Translations under genes and position numbers: made by a program
The notes under the pieces: model-generated
The model's input: the letters and a program-made list of their open reading frames with translations, nothing else
Database searches by the model: none
Told to the model about the DNA's origin: nothing
Origin: Christensenellaceae bacterium
Lineage (GTDB): Bacteria; Bacillota; Clostridia; Christensenellales; UBA1750
DNA length: 64,000 nt
Assembly: GCA_031280685.1 (NCBI GenBank)
Contig: JAITGM010000035.1
Coordinates: 107,282 to 171,281, forward strand
Reading direction: 5' to 3'
In this document: positions 8,966 through 16,587 of the stretch, piece after piece
How positions within the stretch are numbered: the stretch's first letter is position 1
How the letters are laid out: each line of letters opens with the position of its first letter

Positions 8966-9952
8966 ATGGCGGAGCACGCAATCGCGCTTTCATCCAGGGT
9001 GCGCCTGGCGCGCAACTATGGCGAAATCCCCTTCCCCGCGGGCATGAGCGCCGCGAACGCCGCCCGTGTGGCCGAAAAGGTCATGGGCAGCCTGGCCGGC
9101 TGCTCTGGGCTTGAGCCCATCCACAAGGTGAACATGGCCGAACTTTCGGCCGTGGCCAGGCAGGAGCTCGTCGAACGCCATATGATTTCGACAGAGCTCG
9201 CCAATAAAGACGAGGGCTTCCTGGTCGAGATTTTGAACGGCCAGATCTGCCTGATGGTCAACGAAGAGGATCATTTGCGCATCCAGGCCATTTTACCGGG
9301 GCTGGAGCTTGGCCGGGCCATGGACTTGGCCAACAAGGTGGACGACGTGCTCGAGGAGGGCGGCTACGCCTTCGACGGCAGGCTAGGCTACCTCACCGCA
9401 TGCCCCACGAATACGGGCACGGGCATGCGCGCCTCGGTGATGCTGCACCTGCCGGCGCTGACGATGCTCTCGCAGATGGGGCCCATCATTCGCACGGTTT
9501 CGCGCATCGGGCTGACGGTACGCGGCCAGTACGGCGAAGGCTCGGAGGCGAGCGGCAATCTCTATCAGCTCAGCAACCAAATCACGCTCGGCCGCAACGA
9601 GAGCGAGATTCTCCACCTCTTGGGCGAGTCCGCCATCCAGGTCATCGCCAAGGAAGCCGAGGCCAGGCGCGAGCTGCTGAACAAGAACGCCCTGAGCCTG
9701 GAAGACCGCCTCATGCGCTCTTACGGCATCTTCAAAAACGCCAGGCGCATGGACGTGAAGGAGTTCATGCAGAGGATTTCCGACATTCGCCTGGCCGCGG
9801 ACCTGGGCTTTTTGGACTTGGCGCAGCGGGAGCTGGATACACTACTGCTTGCCGCGCAGCCGGCCGCCATTCAGCGCCGGCTGGGACCGGAAGCCAGCAA
9901 GGAAGAAATTGATTTTGAGCGGGCGAAGCTCATTCGCCGCTCGCTCGCATAA
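8966..9952 (+). CDS. mcsB: protein-arginine kinase McsB (ATP:guanido phosphotransferase)
   Basis: 328 aa. SSRVRLARN...NEEDHLRIQ...[15 protein letters not shown]...LSNQITLG. Confidence 0.9.
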   Translation: MAEHAIALSSRVRLARNYGEIPFPAGMSAANAARVAEKVMGSLAGCSGLEPIHKVNMAELSAVARQELVERHMISTELANKDEGFLVEILNGQICLMVNEEDHLRIQAILPGLELGRAMDLANKVDDVLEEGGYAFDGRLGYLTACPTNTGTGMRASVMLHLPALTMLSQMGPIIRTVSRIGLTVRGQYGEGSEASGNLYQLSNQITLGRNESEILHLLGESAIQVIAKEAEARRELLNKNALSLEDRLMRSYGIFKNARRMDVKEFMQRISDIRLAADLGFLDLAQRELDTLLLAAQPAAIQRRLGPEASKEEIDFERAKLIRRSLA

Positions 9953-9978
9953 GCTTTTTGATAAGGGAGGATATGAAC

Positions 9979-12447
9979 ATGGCTGCTTTTTTCGATAAAT
10001 TCACCAAAAACGCACAAAGGGTGCTCTATGTGGCCCAGCAGGAGGCAAAAAGGCTGGGGCATAACTACGTGGGGACCGAGCATATCCTGCTTTCTATCGT
10101 CAAGGAAGAGGGCATGGCGGGCGATGTGCTGCACCAGATCGGGCTGAGCGACGAACTCGTCAACGAATCGATCCTGCACCTGATCGGCAAGGGTAACTAC
10201 CAGTTTTCGGATGCCTTCGGCTACACCCCGCGCACCAAGAAGGTGCTGGAGCTGAGCATGAAGGAAGCAAAGAACGTAGGCGCCTCCTATGTGGGCACCG
10301 AGCACATCCTGCTTTCGCTCTTCAAGGAAAACGAAGGGGTGGCGGCGCATGTGCTGCGCGAGCTGGGAGCCGATCCCAAGCAGCTTTACGGCCAACTGAC
10401 CGAGGCTCTTTCGCAAAACGGCGGCGGGCACGGCCAGGGCAGGCAAGAAAGTGGCGAGAGCGCGGAGCAGGGCGGAGACACTCCGGTGCTCAAAAAGTAC
10501 GGCCGCGACCTGACCGAGGCCGCGCGCAACGAGGAGCTTGACCCGGTGATCGGCCGCGCCGAGGAGATCGAGCGCATCATCCAAATCCTTTCGCGCAGAA
10601 CGAAGAACAACCCGGTGCTCATCGGCGAGCCCGGCGTGGGTAAGTCTGCGGTGGTCGAAGGGCTGGCCCAGCGCATCATCGATGGGAACATCCCCGAGCT
10701 GCTGCGCGGCAAGCGCGTCATCACCCTTGACCTGCCAGGCATGCTCGCCGGCGCGAAATACCGCGGCGAATTCGAAGAAAGGCTTAAGGGCGCGCTCGAA
10801 GAACTCAAGCGCAGCAAAGAGAGCATCCTCTTTATCGACGAACTGCACACCATCGTGGGCGCAGGCGCGGCCGAGGGCGCGATCGACGCCGCAAACATCC
10901 TAAAACCCGCGCTGGCGCGGGGCGAAATCCAGTGCATCGGCGCCACGACCATAGACGAATACCGCAAGCACATCGAAAAGGATTCGGCGCTCGAGCGCAG
11001 ATTCCAGCCCGTGACCGTGGGCGAGCCGAGCCTTGACGAAGCGATCGCCATCTTAAAGGGTCTGCGCGACCGTTACGAGGCGCACCATAGGGTACGCATC
11101 ACCGACGAAGCCATCCAGGCTGCCGTTACCCTCTCAGATCGCTATATTTCCGACCGGTTTTTGCCCGATAAGGCCATCGACCTGGTCGATGAAGCCTGCT
11201 CCAGGCTCAGGCTCAAGTCCTTCACCACCCCGCCGGACATGAAAGAAGACGAGGTGAAGCTTGAAGAACTCAAGAAGGAAAAGGACGAAGCCATCGCCCA
11301 TCAGCGCTTCGAAGAGGCCGCAAGCGTGCGCGACGAGGAGCAAAAGCTGAAGGCGCAGATGGAGGAAAGGCGCAAAGAATGGGAAAACAGCGTCAACACC
11401 TCCACTCGTGAGGTCGGCGAGGAAGAGATCGCGCAGATTGTGGCGCTTTGGACCCACATTCCCGTGATGAAGCTGACCGAGAGCGAGTCCGAACGGCTCC
11501 TGAACCTCGAAAGCATCCTGCACGACAGGGTCGTCGGCCAGGGCGAGGCGGTTTCGGCTGTGGCGCGTGCCGTGCGCAGGGCCCGGGCAGGGCTAAAGGA
11601 TCAAAAACGGCCAATCGGCTCCTTCATCTTCCTTGGCCCCACCGGTGTGGGCAAGACCGAACTTTGCAAGGCGCTGGCCGAAGCGATGTTCGGCGATGAG
11701 GACGCGCTTGTGCGCATAGACATGTCTGAGTACATGGAAAAGCACGCGGTTTCGCGTATGATCGGCTCGCCACCAGGCTACGTGGGCTACGACGAAGGCG
11801 GCCAGCTCACCGAGGCCGTGCGCCGCAAGCCTTATTCGGTCATCCTCTTTGACGAGATAGAGAAGGCCCACCCGGACGTGTTCAACATCCTGCTGCAAAT
11901 CCTTGAAGACGGCAGGCTGACCGACTCGCAGGGCCGCACGGTGGACTTTAAAAACACCATCACCGTCATGACCTCAAACGTCGGCGCGTCTGCCGTGGGC
12001 AAGGCCCGCGCGATGGGCTTCAACAGCGGCGACGAGAGCCAGCAGGGTTACGAGCGGATGCGCGACGTAATGATGGAGGAGCTCAAGCGCGCCTTCAGGC
12101 CCGAGTTCATCAACCGGGTCGATGAAATCATCGTTTTCCACCAGCTCGACCAAGGGAATATCCACTCCATCGCCTCTTTAATGCTCAAAACCGTCGCCAA
12201 GCGCTTAGCTGAACGCGGCATCGAACTCGAATGGGATGAAGAGGTGTTGAACTACCTGGCGAAGGAGGGCTTCGACGAACTCTACGGCGCAAGGCCGCTG
12301 CGCAGGGCAATCCAGCGCAAGGTAGAGGACGCTTTGAGCGAGGAAATCCTCTCGGGCCGCATCGAACTTTCGAGCAGGGTCGGGATGACAGTCGAGGAAG
12401 GGGAGCTTAAGTTCCGCGCGCTCGAGAAAATCGAGGCGGTCGGCTAA
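9979..12447 (+). CDS. clpC: ATP-dependent Clp protease ATPase subunit ClpC
   Basis: N-terminal Clp repeats (VGTEHILLS twice), Walker A motifs GEPGVGKSA and GPTGVGKTE, and a UVR-like middle region. The start could be 9958, 9973 or 9979; 9979 has the best spacing from GGGAGG. Confidence 0.93.
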   Translation: MAAFFDKFTKNAQRVLYVAQQEAKRLGHNYVGTEHILLSIVKEEGMAGDVLHQIGLSDELVNESILHLIGKGNYQFSDAFGYTPRTKKVLELSMKEAKNVGASYVGTEHILLSLFKENEGVAAHVLRELGADPKQLYGQLTEALSQNGGGHGQGRQESGESAEQGGDTPVLKKYGRDLTEAARNEELDPVIGRAEEIERIIQILSRRTKNNPVLIGEPGVGKSAVVEGLAQRIIDGNIPELLRGKRVITLDLPGMLAGAKYRGEFEERLKGALEELKRSKESILFIDELHTIVGAGAAEGAIDAANILKPALARGEIQCIGATTIDEYRKHIEKDSALERRFQPVTVGEPSLDEAIAILKGLRDRYEAHHRVRITDEAIQAAVTLSDRYISDRFLPDKAIDLVDEACSRLRLKSFTTPPDMKEDEVKLEELKKEKDEAIAHQRFEEAASVRDEEQKLKAQMEERRKEWENSVNTSTREVGEEEIAQIVALWTHIPVMKLTESESERLLNLESILHDRVVGQGEAVSAVARAVRRARAGLKDQKRPIGSFIFLGPTGVGKTELCKALAEAMFGDEDALVRIDMSEYMEKHAVSRMIGSPPGYVGYDEGGQLTEAVRRKPYSVILFDEIEKAHPDVFNILLQILEDGRLTDSQGRTVDFKNTITVMTSNVGASAVGKARAMGFNSGDESQQGYERMRDVMMEELKRAFRPEFINRVDEIIVFHQLDQGNIHSIASLMLKTVAKRLAERGIELEWDEEVLNYLAKEGFDELYGARPLRRAIQRKVEDALSEEILSGRIELSSRVGMTVEEGELKFRALEKIEAVG

Positions 12448-12458
12448 TCCAAAAGAGC

Positions 12459-12495
12459 ACGCCCGGAGCCCCAAAAAAGGCTCCGGGCGTTTTTG
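12459..12495 (+). terminator. intrinsic terminator after clpC
   Basis: ACGCCCGGAGCC / GGCTCCGGGCGT stem followed by TTTT. Confidence 0.75.
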
Positions 12496-12518
12496 CCCAA
12501 AAGAGGAGGGATCTGGCC

Positions 12519-13348
12519 ATGATTGAACTACCCGAAGCCACGACGCTGGCCAAGCAAATGAGCGAAACCCTGAAGGGCAAGCGCATCGCGGAAGCGGTCG
12601 CGGGCTTTTCGCCGCACAAGTTCACCTGGTATTGGGGCGATCCGGCAGAGTACGGCACGCGGCTTGAGGGGAAGGTGATCGAAGGGACGCAAGCCTTCGG
12701 CGGCCGCGTGGAGCTTGACCTGGGCGATGTCGTGCGGACATGCTGGACGGCGCGAACCCGCGCTTTTACGCCGAGGGCGAGACTCTGCCGGCCAAGCACC
12801 AGCTCCTTATTCGTTTTAATGACGGCTCTGCGCTGGCTGCAACGGTCGCGATGTATGGCGGGTTGCAGTGCTTCCCCAAGGGCGCGCCAGACATGGAAGA
12901 GAACTTTTACTATTTGGCGGGAAAGTGCGCGCCTTCGCCGCTGAGCGACGCCTTCGACTACGCATACTTCACAAAACTGCTTCAGGGCAGTGAAAGGCTG
13001 AGCGCGAAGGCCTTTTTGGCCACGGAACAGCGAATTCCGGGCCTGGGCAACGGCATCTTGCAGGATATCTTGCTCGCTGCCGGCGTTCACCCCAAGCGCA
13101 AGATGCTCGACCTTAGCCAAGCCGAAAGAATGAAGCTTTTCGATTGCCTAAAGGCCCTGCTGCGCAAAATGACGCAAGCCGGCGGGCGCGACACCGAGAA
13201 AGATCTCTTCGGCAGGCCAGGGGGCTACAAAACGAAGCTGAGCCGCAATAACACGCTGCTGATTTGCCCAAATTGCGGCAGCCCGGTGCAAAAGCAGGCC
13301 TATCTTGGCGGCAGCGTCTATTTTTGCGAAAGCTGCCAGCCACTCTAA
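12519..13348 (+). pseudogene. Fpg/Nei-family DNA glycosylase-like gene, frameshifted near 12719-12745
   Basis: Frame A (MIELPEATTLAKQM...GGRVELDLGDVV) continues as Arg-rich nonsense. Frame B resumes MLDGANPRFYAEGE...EQRIPGLGNGILQDILLAAGVHP (H2TH) ...CPNCGSPV...YFCESCQ (zinc finger) to 13348. Confidence 0.7.
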
Positions 13349-13395
13349 GGAGCTTGGCGATCAAAAAGATTTTTGTAAAAAATAGGCGCATGGGC

Positions 13396-13424
13396 TTGAC
13401 AGCAAAAAACAAACGCTATATAAC
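13396..13424 (+). promoter_or_regulatory. sigma-A type promoter upstream of the amt leader
   Basis: TTGACA (13396-13401), 17 nt, TATAAC (13419-13424). Confidence 0.5.
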
Positions 13425-13437
13425 TATTGCAAGCAAA

Positions 13438-13471
13438 GATGCTTTCCCGATGAGGGAAGGCGTCTTTTTTT
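13438..13471 (+). terminator. terminator-like hairpin inside the amt 5' leader (possible attenuator)
   Basis: GATGCTTTCCC / GGGAAGGCGTC 11-bp stem (two G-U pairs), GATGA loop, then T7 (13465-13471). It lies between the predicted promoter and the amt RBS (GAGGAG ~13492). Confidence 0.55.
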
Positions 13472-13508
13472 ATTGCTTAGATTAAGAAATGAGGAGAAAG
13501 AGTAGCTC

Positions 13509-15257
13509 ATGAACATGACTATGATCATCGACACTTTTTGGGTGTTCCTCGCGGCCATCTTGGTGTTCTTTATGAACCTTGGCTTTGCAGCGGTCGAATC
13601 CGGCTTTGCTAGGGCGAAAAACACGGTCAACATCCTCTCGAAAAACTTCATCGTTTTCGCCGTTTCGGCAGTCGGCTTCATGCTGCTGGGCTGGGGCTTG
13701 ATGTTTGGCGGAGCGAACCCCTTCGTCGGCACCGAGAACCTGTTCATCCTTTGGAATTCTGATCTCAGCTTTTATGATAATACGCTGACATCTAACGTTC
13801 CCTTTTGGGGCAAGTTCTTCTTCCAACTGGTCTTTTGCGGCACGGCGGCGACCATCGTTTCTGGCTCGGTAGCAGAGCGCGTCAAGTACATTTCCTTCAT
13901 CGTCTTTTCGCTCGTGCTCACCCTCTTCATCTACCCAATCGTCGGTCACTGGATCTGGGGCGGCGGCTGGCTGGCGAGCCTTGGCTTCCTCGATTTTGCT
14001 GGCGACACGGTCGTGCACTCGGTGGGTGGCTGGGCCGCGCTTGCGGGCGCGCTCATCCTCGGCCCGCGCATCGGCAAATACGGTTCCGACGGCAAGGCCC
14101 ACGCCATCCCCGGGCACAACATGTCGCTGGCAGTCATCGGCCTGTTCGTGCTTTGGATCGGCTGGTTCGGCTTTAATCCGGGTTCCACGATGAGCTTCCA
14201 AAACCCAGCGGATGTAATGCACATCCTGGTCACGACCAACACCGCGGCCATCGCCGCCGTGATTACCTCCACCGCGGCTTCGTGGATCTTCATCGGCAAG
14301 CCAGATCTTGGTATGACGATCAACGGCTGCCTGGCGGGGCTTGTGGCAATCACCGGCGGCTGCGCCTATGTCAGCGTGGAAAGTTCGTTGATCATCGGCG
14401 CGATCGCCGGCGTGATCGTGGTATTCGCCGTTCTTTTCTTCGATAAGGTCAGGGTGGACGATCCGGTCGGCGCGACCTCGGTTCACCTCGTCTGCGGCGT
14501 GTTCGGCACCATCGCAATCGGCCTGTTCGCTCAGGAGGGCGTGACGAGCCTTTCCTCGGTTTCCGGCCTGTTCTTCGGCGGCGGCTTCAATTTGCTCGGC
14601 ACGGAGCTGCTGGGGATCGCTGCCGTTGGCGCCTTCGTCTTTGCCAGTACTTCACTCGTGTGGTTGGTTCTTAAGCACACCATCGGCATCCGCGTTTCGC
14701 GCGAGGAAGAAACCGCGGGCCTCGACATCGGCGAGCACGGCAACGCCGCCTATCCGGACTTTGAAGCGGCTGTGCCCGTGCTTGGGCAAGACGGCGCCCC
14801 GACTCCGAATATTCCCGCTCCGGCTCCGCTGCCCATGGACGCGGTTGCCCCGCATGTGGCCGTCGAGGTCGAAAACAGGGCGCAGCCCGGCGCGAAGATC
14901 ACGAAAGTCACCATCATCACCAAGCAGAGCAAGTTTACCGACCTGCAGGTCTCCTTAGATAACCTGGGGATCACCGGCCTGACCGTCACCAACGTGCTCG
15001 GCTATGGAATGCAGAAGGGTCACGAGGAATACTACCGCGGCCTGCCCGTGGAAACCAGGCTTTTGCCCAAGATTCAGGTCGATATCGTGATCTGCAAGAT
15101 TCCGACTTCGATTCTGGTCGAAACCGTCCAAAAGGCGCTGTATACCGGCCACGTGGGAGATGGAAAGATTTTCATCTACGACGTCGAAAACGTCGTGAAG
15201 ATCCGCACCGGCGAGCAGGGCTACGATGCCTTGCAGGATGAGGAACTCAACGCGTAA
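13509..15257 (+). CDS. ammonium transporter (Amt) fused to a C-terminal PII (GlnK/GlnB) domain
   Basis: 582 aa. The Amt core has multiple TM helices (FAGDTVVHSVGGW, VHLVCGVFGTIAIG). A Pro/Ala linker is followed by KVTIITKQSKFTDLQ..L..LGITGLTVTNVLGYGMQKGHEEYYRG...GDGKIFIYDVENVVKIRTGE, a PII fold with T-loop. Confidence 0.88.
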   Translation: MNMTMIIDTFWVFLAAILVFFMNLGFAAVESGFARAKNTVNILSKNFIVFAVSAVGFMLLGWGLMFGGANPFVGTENLFILWNSDLSFYDNTLTSNVPFWGKFFFQLVFCGTAATIVSGSVAERVKYISFIVFSLVLTLFIYPIVGHWIWGGGWLASLGFLDFAGDTVVHSVGGWAALAGALILGPRIGKYGSDGKAHAIPGHNMSLAVIGLFVLWIGWFGFNPGSTMSFQNPADVMHILVTTNTAAIAAVITSTAASWIFIGKPDLGMTINGCLAGLVAITGGCAYVSVESSLIIGAIAGVIVVFAVLFFDKVRVDDPVGATSVHLVCGVFGTIAIGLFAQEGVTSLSSVSGLFFGGGFNLLGTELLGIAAVGAFVFASTSLVWLVLKHTIGIRVSREEETAGLDIGEHGNAAYPDFEAAVPVLGQDGAPTPNIPAPAPLPMDAVAPHVAVEVENRAQPGAKITKVTIITKQSKFTDLQVSLDNLGITGLTVTNVLGYGMQKGHEEYYRGLPVETRLLPKIQVDIVICKIPTSILVETVQKALYTGHVGDGKIFIYDVENVVKIRTGEQGYDALQDEELNA

Positions 15258-15276
15258 ACCCTTGGCAGAGGCTGCG

Positions 15277-15313
15277 CGGCCCGGCTCCATGAAGGGGAGC
15301 TGGGCCGTTTTTT
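15277..15313 (+). terminator. intrinsic terminator after amt-PII
   Basis: CGGCCCGGCTCC / GGAGCTGGGCCG 12-bp stem followed by TTTTTT. Confidence 0.8.
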
Positions 15314-15336
15314 CTTGCTGTGTATCCGCCTTTTGA

Positions 15337-15365
15337 TTGAAAAAACCTGAAAAGCGTGCTATACT
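15337..15365 (+). promoter_or_regulatory. extended -10 promoter driving the ORF-free structured region
   Basis: TTGAAA (15337-15342), 17 nt, TGC-TATACT (TG extension at 15357-15358, -10 at 15360-15365). Confidence 0.6.
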
Positions 15366-15371
15366 GGCACA

Positions 15372-15998
15372 AGATTGGTGGTGCAGTATCCTAGTCGGGG
15401 AAATCGCTTCTGAAGGCGGGGCTAAAAATCCGCCAAAGGGCACATCGATGAAGCTTCTGGTGTTGGCTTTGAACGCCCAGTTTGGGGTTGATGCTGGAAG
15501 ATAAGAGGGAAGGGCGATCCGCAACGGCATGTGGGCGTAGACCCTTCTTTCGTGGAGGCCTCTGTGCGGTGAGTGGCCTAAAAATCACTTACTCCTGAGG
15601 ATTAAACCTGCAATGCGGTGATCAAAAGCTGTGTGCAGCGTAGCCTGCCTTGAGCGGCTGAAATGGGATTGGGGAAAATGCCTTGGGCGCGGCCGATGAG
15701 CTCGGGCCTGCCCGCGTGGAATCGCCCCATGAAAATGAAGACGCAAAAGAGGCTAGGACGCGATGGAACTGCTGAGGAAAGCTCCTAGGCTGAAATGGTA
15801 TGCCGGGGATTACAGTGTGGTCTAAGTGGCAATCCGGTCATGCGCGCGGTAACGCCGCTTGGCGCGCTTCAAAGGGAAACCGCCCCTGCGGCGACGGGGG
15901 GCAGCGCGCCGGGAAATCCTACCGGACCTCATGCCGCAAGGTTTATCCGGCATATCACCACCATATTCATGACTTAAGGGGTGCTTTTTGCGCCCTTT
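15372..15998 (+). ncRNA. ole: OLE (ornate, large, extremophilic) RNA candidate; boundaries approximate
   Basis: A ~630-nt stretch with no credible ORF, its own promoter and many long-range complementary segments (e.g. 15861-15868/15903-15910, 15931-15936/15948-15953). It is followed immediately by an OapA-like membrane ORF and dxs-tlyA-nadK-argR-recN, the known OLE synteny. It was not compared to the Rfam model. Confidence 0.7.
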
Positions 15999-16022
15999 CG
16001 CAAGTAAAGAAGGGCTTGTAAC

Positions 16023-16571
16023 TTGGCTAAGGCAAAAAAGAAGGCGAAAAAGTCCGGCAGCGTATGGATTGTGATCGTATTCCTCCTTTCGTTTTCGCTC
16101 TCGATGCTCATGAGCTGGTCTTCCTCCATGGCTCTGGCCGGCGCGGGTATTGTTTTGGCCGCCCTGACGGTTCTGCTCATCGTGTTCTTCGGCATTTTGA
16201 GCGATACGGTCGGCCTTGCCGTGGCCACTGCTTCCGAGGCGCCGATCGCCGCGATGGCGGCCAAAAAGGTGCGCGGCGCGAAGCGGGCGCTGTGGCTGCT
16301 CAAGAATGCGGATCGGGTTTCCAGCGTATGCAACGATATGGCCGGCGATATTTGCAGCGTCGTTTCCGGCTCGGCCGGGGCGGCGCTGGTTTTGCGCCTT
16401 GCCCAAATCCTGAGCGCGGAAACCGACTTCATGCTGGGCATCCTGGTTTCGGCGCTGATCGCCGCGCTGACCGTAGGCGGCAAGGCCCTGTGCAAGGGCA
16501 TTGCCATTGGCAAGGCCAAAGAGGTCGTGCTGATGGTGGGTTTTGCGCTCTCGTTGTTTTCAAAGGAATGA
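16023..16571 (+). CDS. oapA: small integral membrane protein, OLE-associated protein A (OapA) candidate
   Basis: 182 aa with a TTG start 8 nt after GAAGGG. Lys-rich N-terminus (AKAKKKAKKSG), about four hydrophobic helices, and a position immediately 3' of the structured RNA and 5' of dxs. Confidence 0.65.
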   Translation: MAKAKKKAKKSGSVWIVIVFLLSFSLSMLMSWSSSMALAGAGIVLAALTVLLIVFFGILSDTVGLAVATASEAPIAAMAAKKVRGAKRALWLLKNADRVSSVCNDMAGDICSVVSGSAGAALVLRLAQILSAETDFMLGILVSALIAALTVGGKALCKGIAIGKAKEVVLMVGFALSLFSKE

Positions 16572-16587
16572 AGTTTGGAGTGTGTGC

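Noticed and set aside
9871-10848. Long antisense ORFs opposite strongly supported genes: 9871-10848, 10386-11051, 13482-14486, 21715-22401, 25957-26712, 26803-27807, 47077-48057 and 61496-62209
   Set aside because: Each lies opposite a gene with unmistakable family motifs (clpC, amt, recN, mutS2, S41 peptidase, LCP). Each has low-complexity Arg/Ser/Ala/Gly/Pro composition, the expected stop-codon-poor antisense frames of GC-rich DNA.
15770-15790. GAGGAAAGCTCC, reminiscent of the RNase P RNA CR-I motif GAGGAAAGUCC
   Set aside because: It has a one-base insertion relative to the motif. I could not find the other universally conserved RNase P blocks (e.g. the ACAGAA...GGCUUA region). Length and gene context fit OLE RNA instead.
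15795-16519. ORFs 15795-15977(+), 15800-16021(+), 15822-16406(-), 15974-16519(-) and 16064-16600(+), all inside the structured RNA / oapA region
   Set aside because: They are Arg/Gly/Ala/Pro-rich translations typical of off-frame high-GC sequence, with no RBS. They overlap a better-supported membrane ORF and a promoter-driven structured region.
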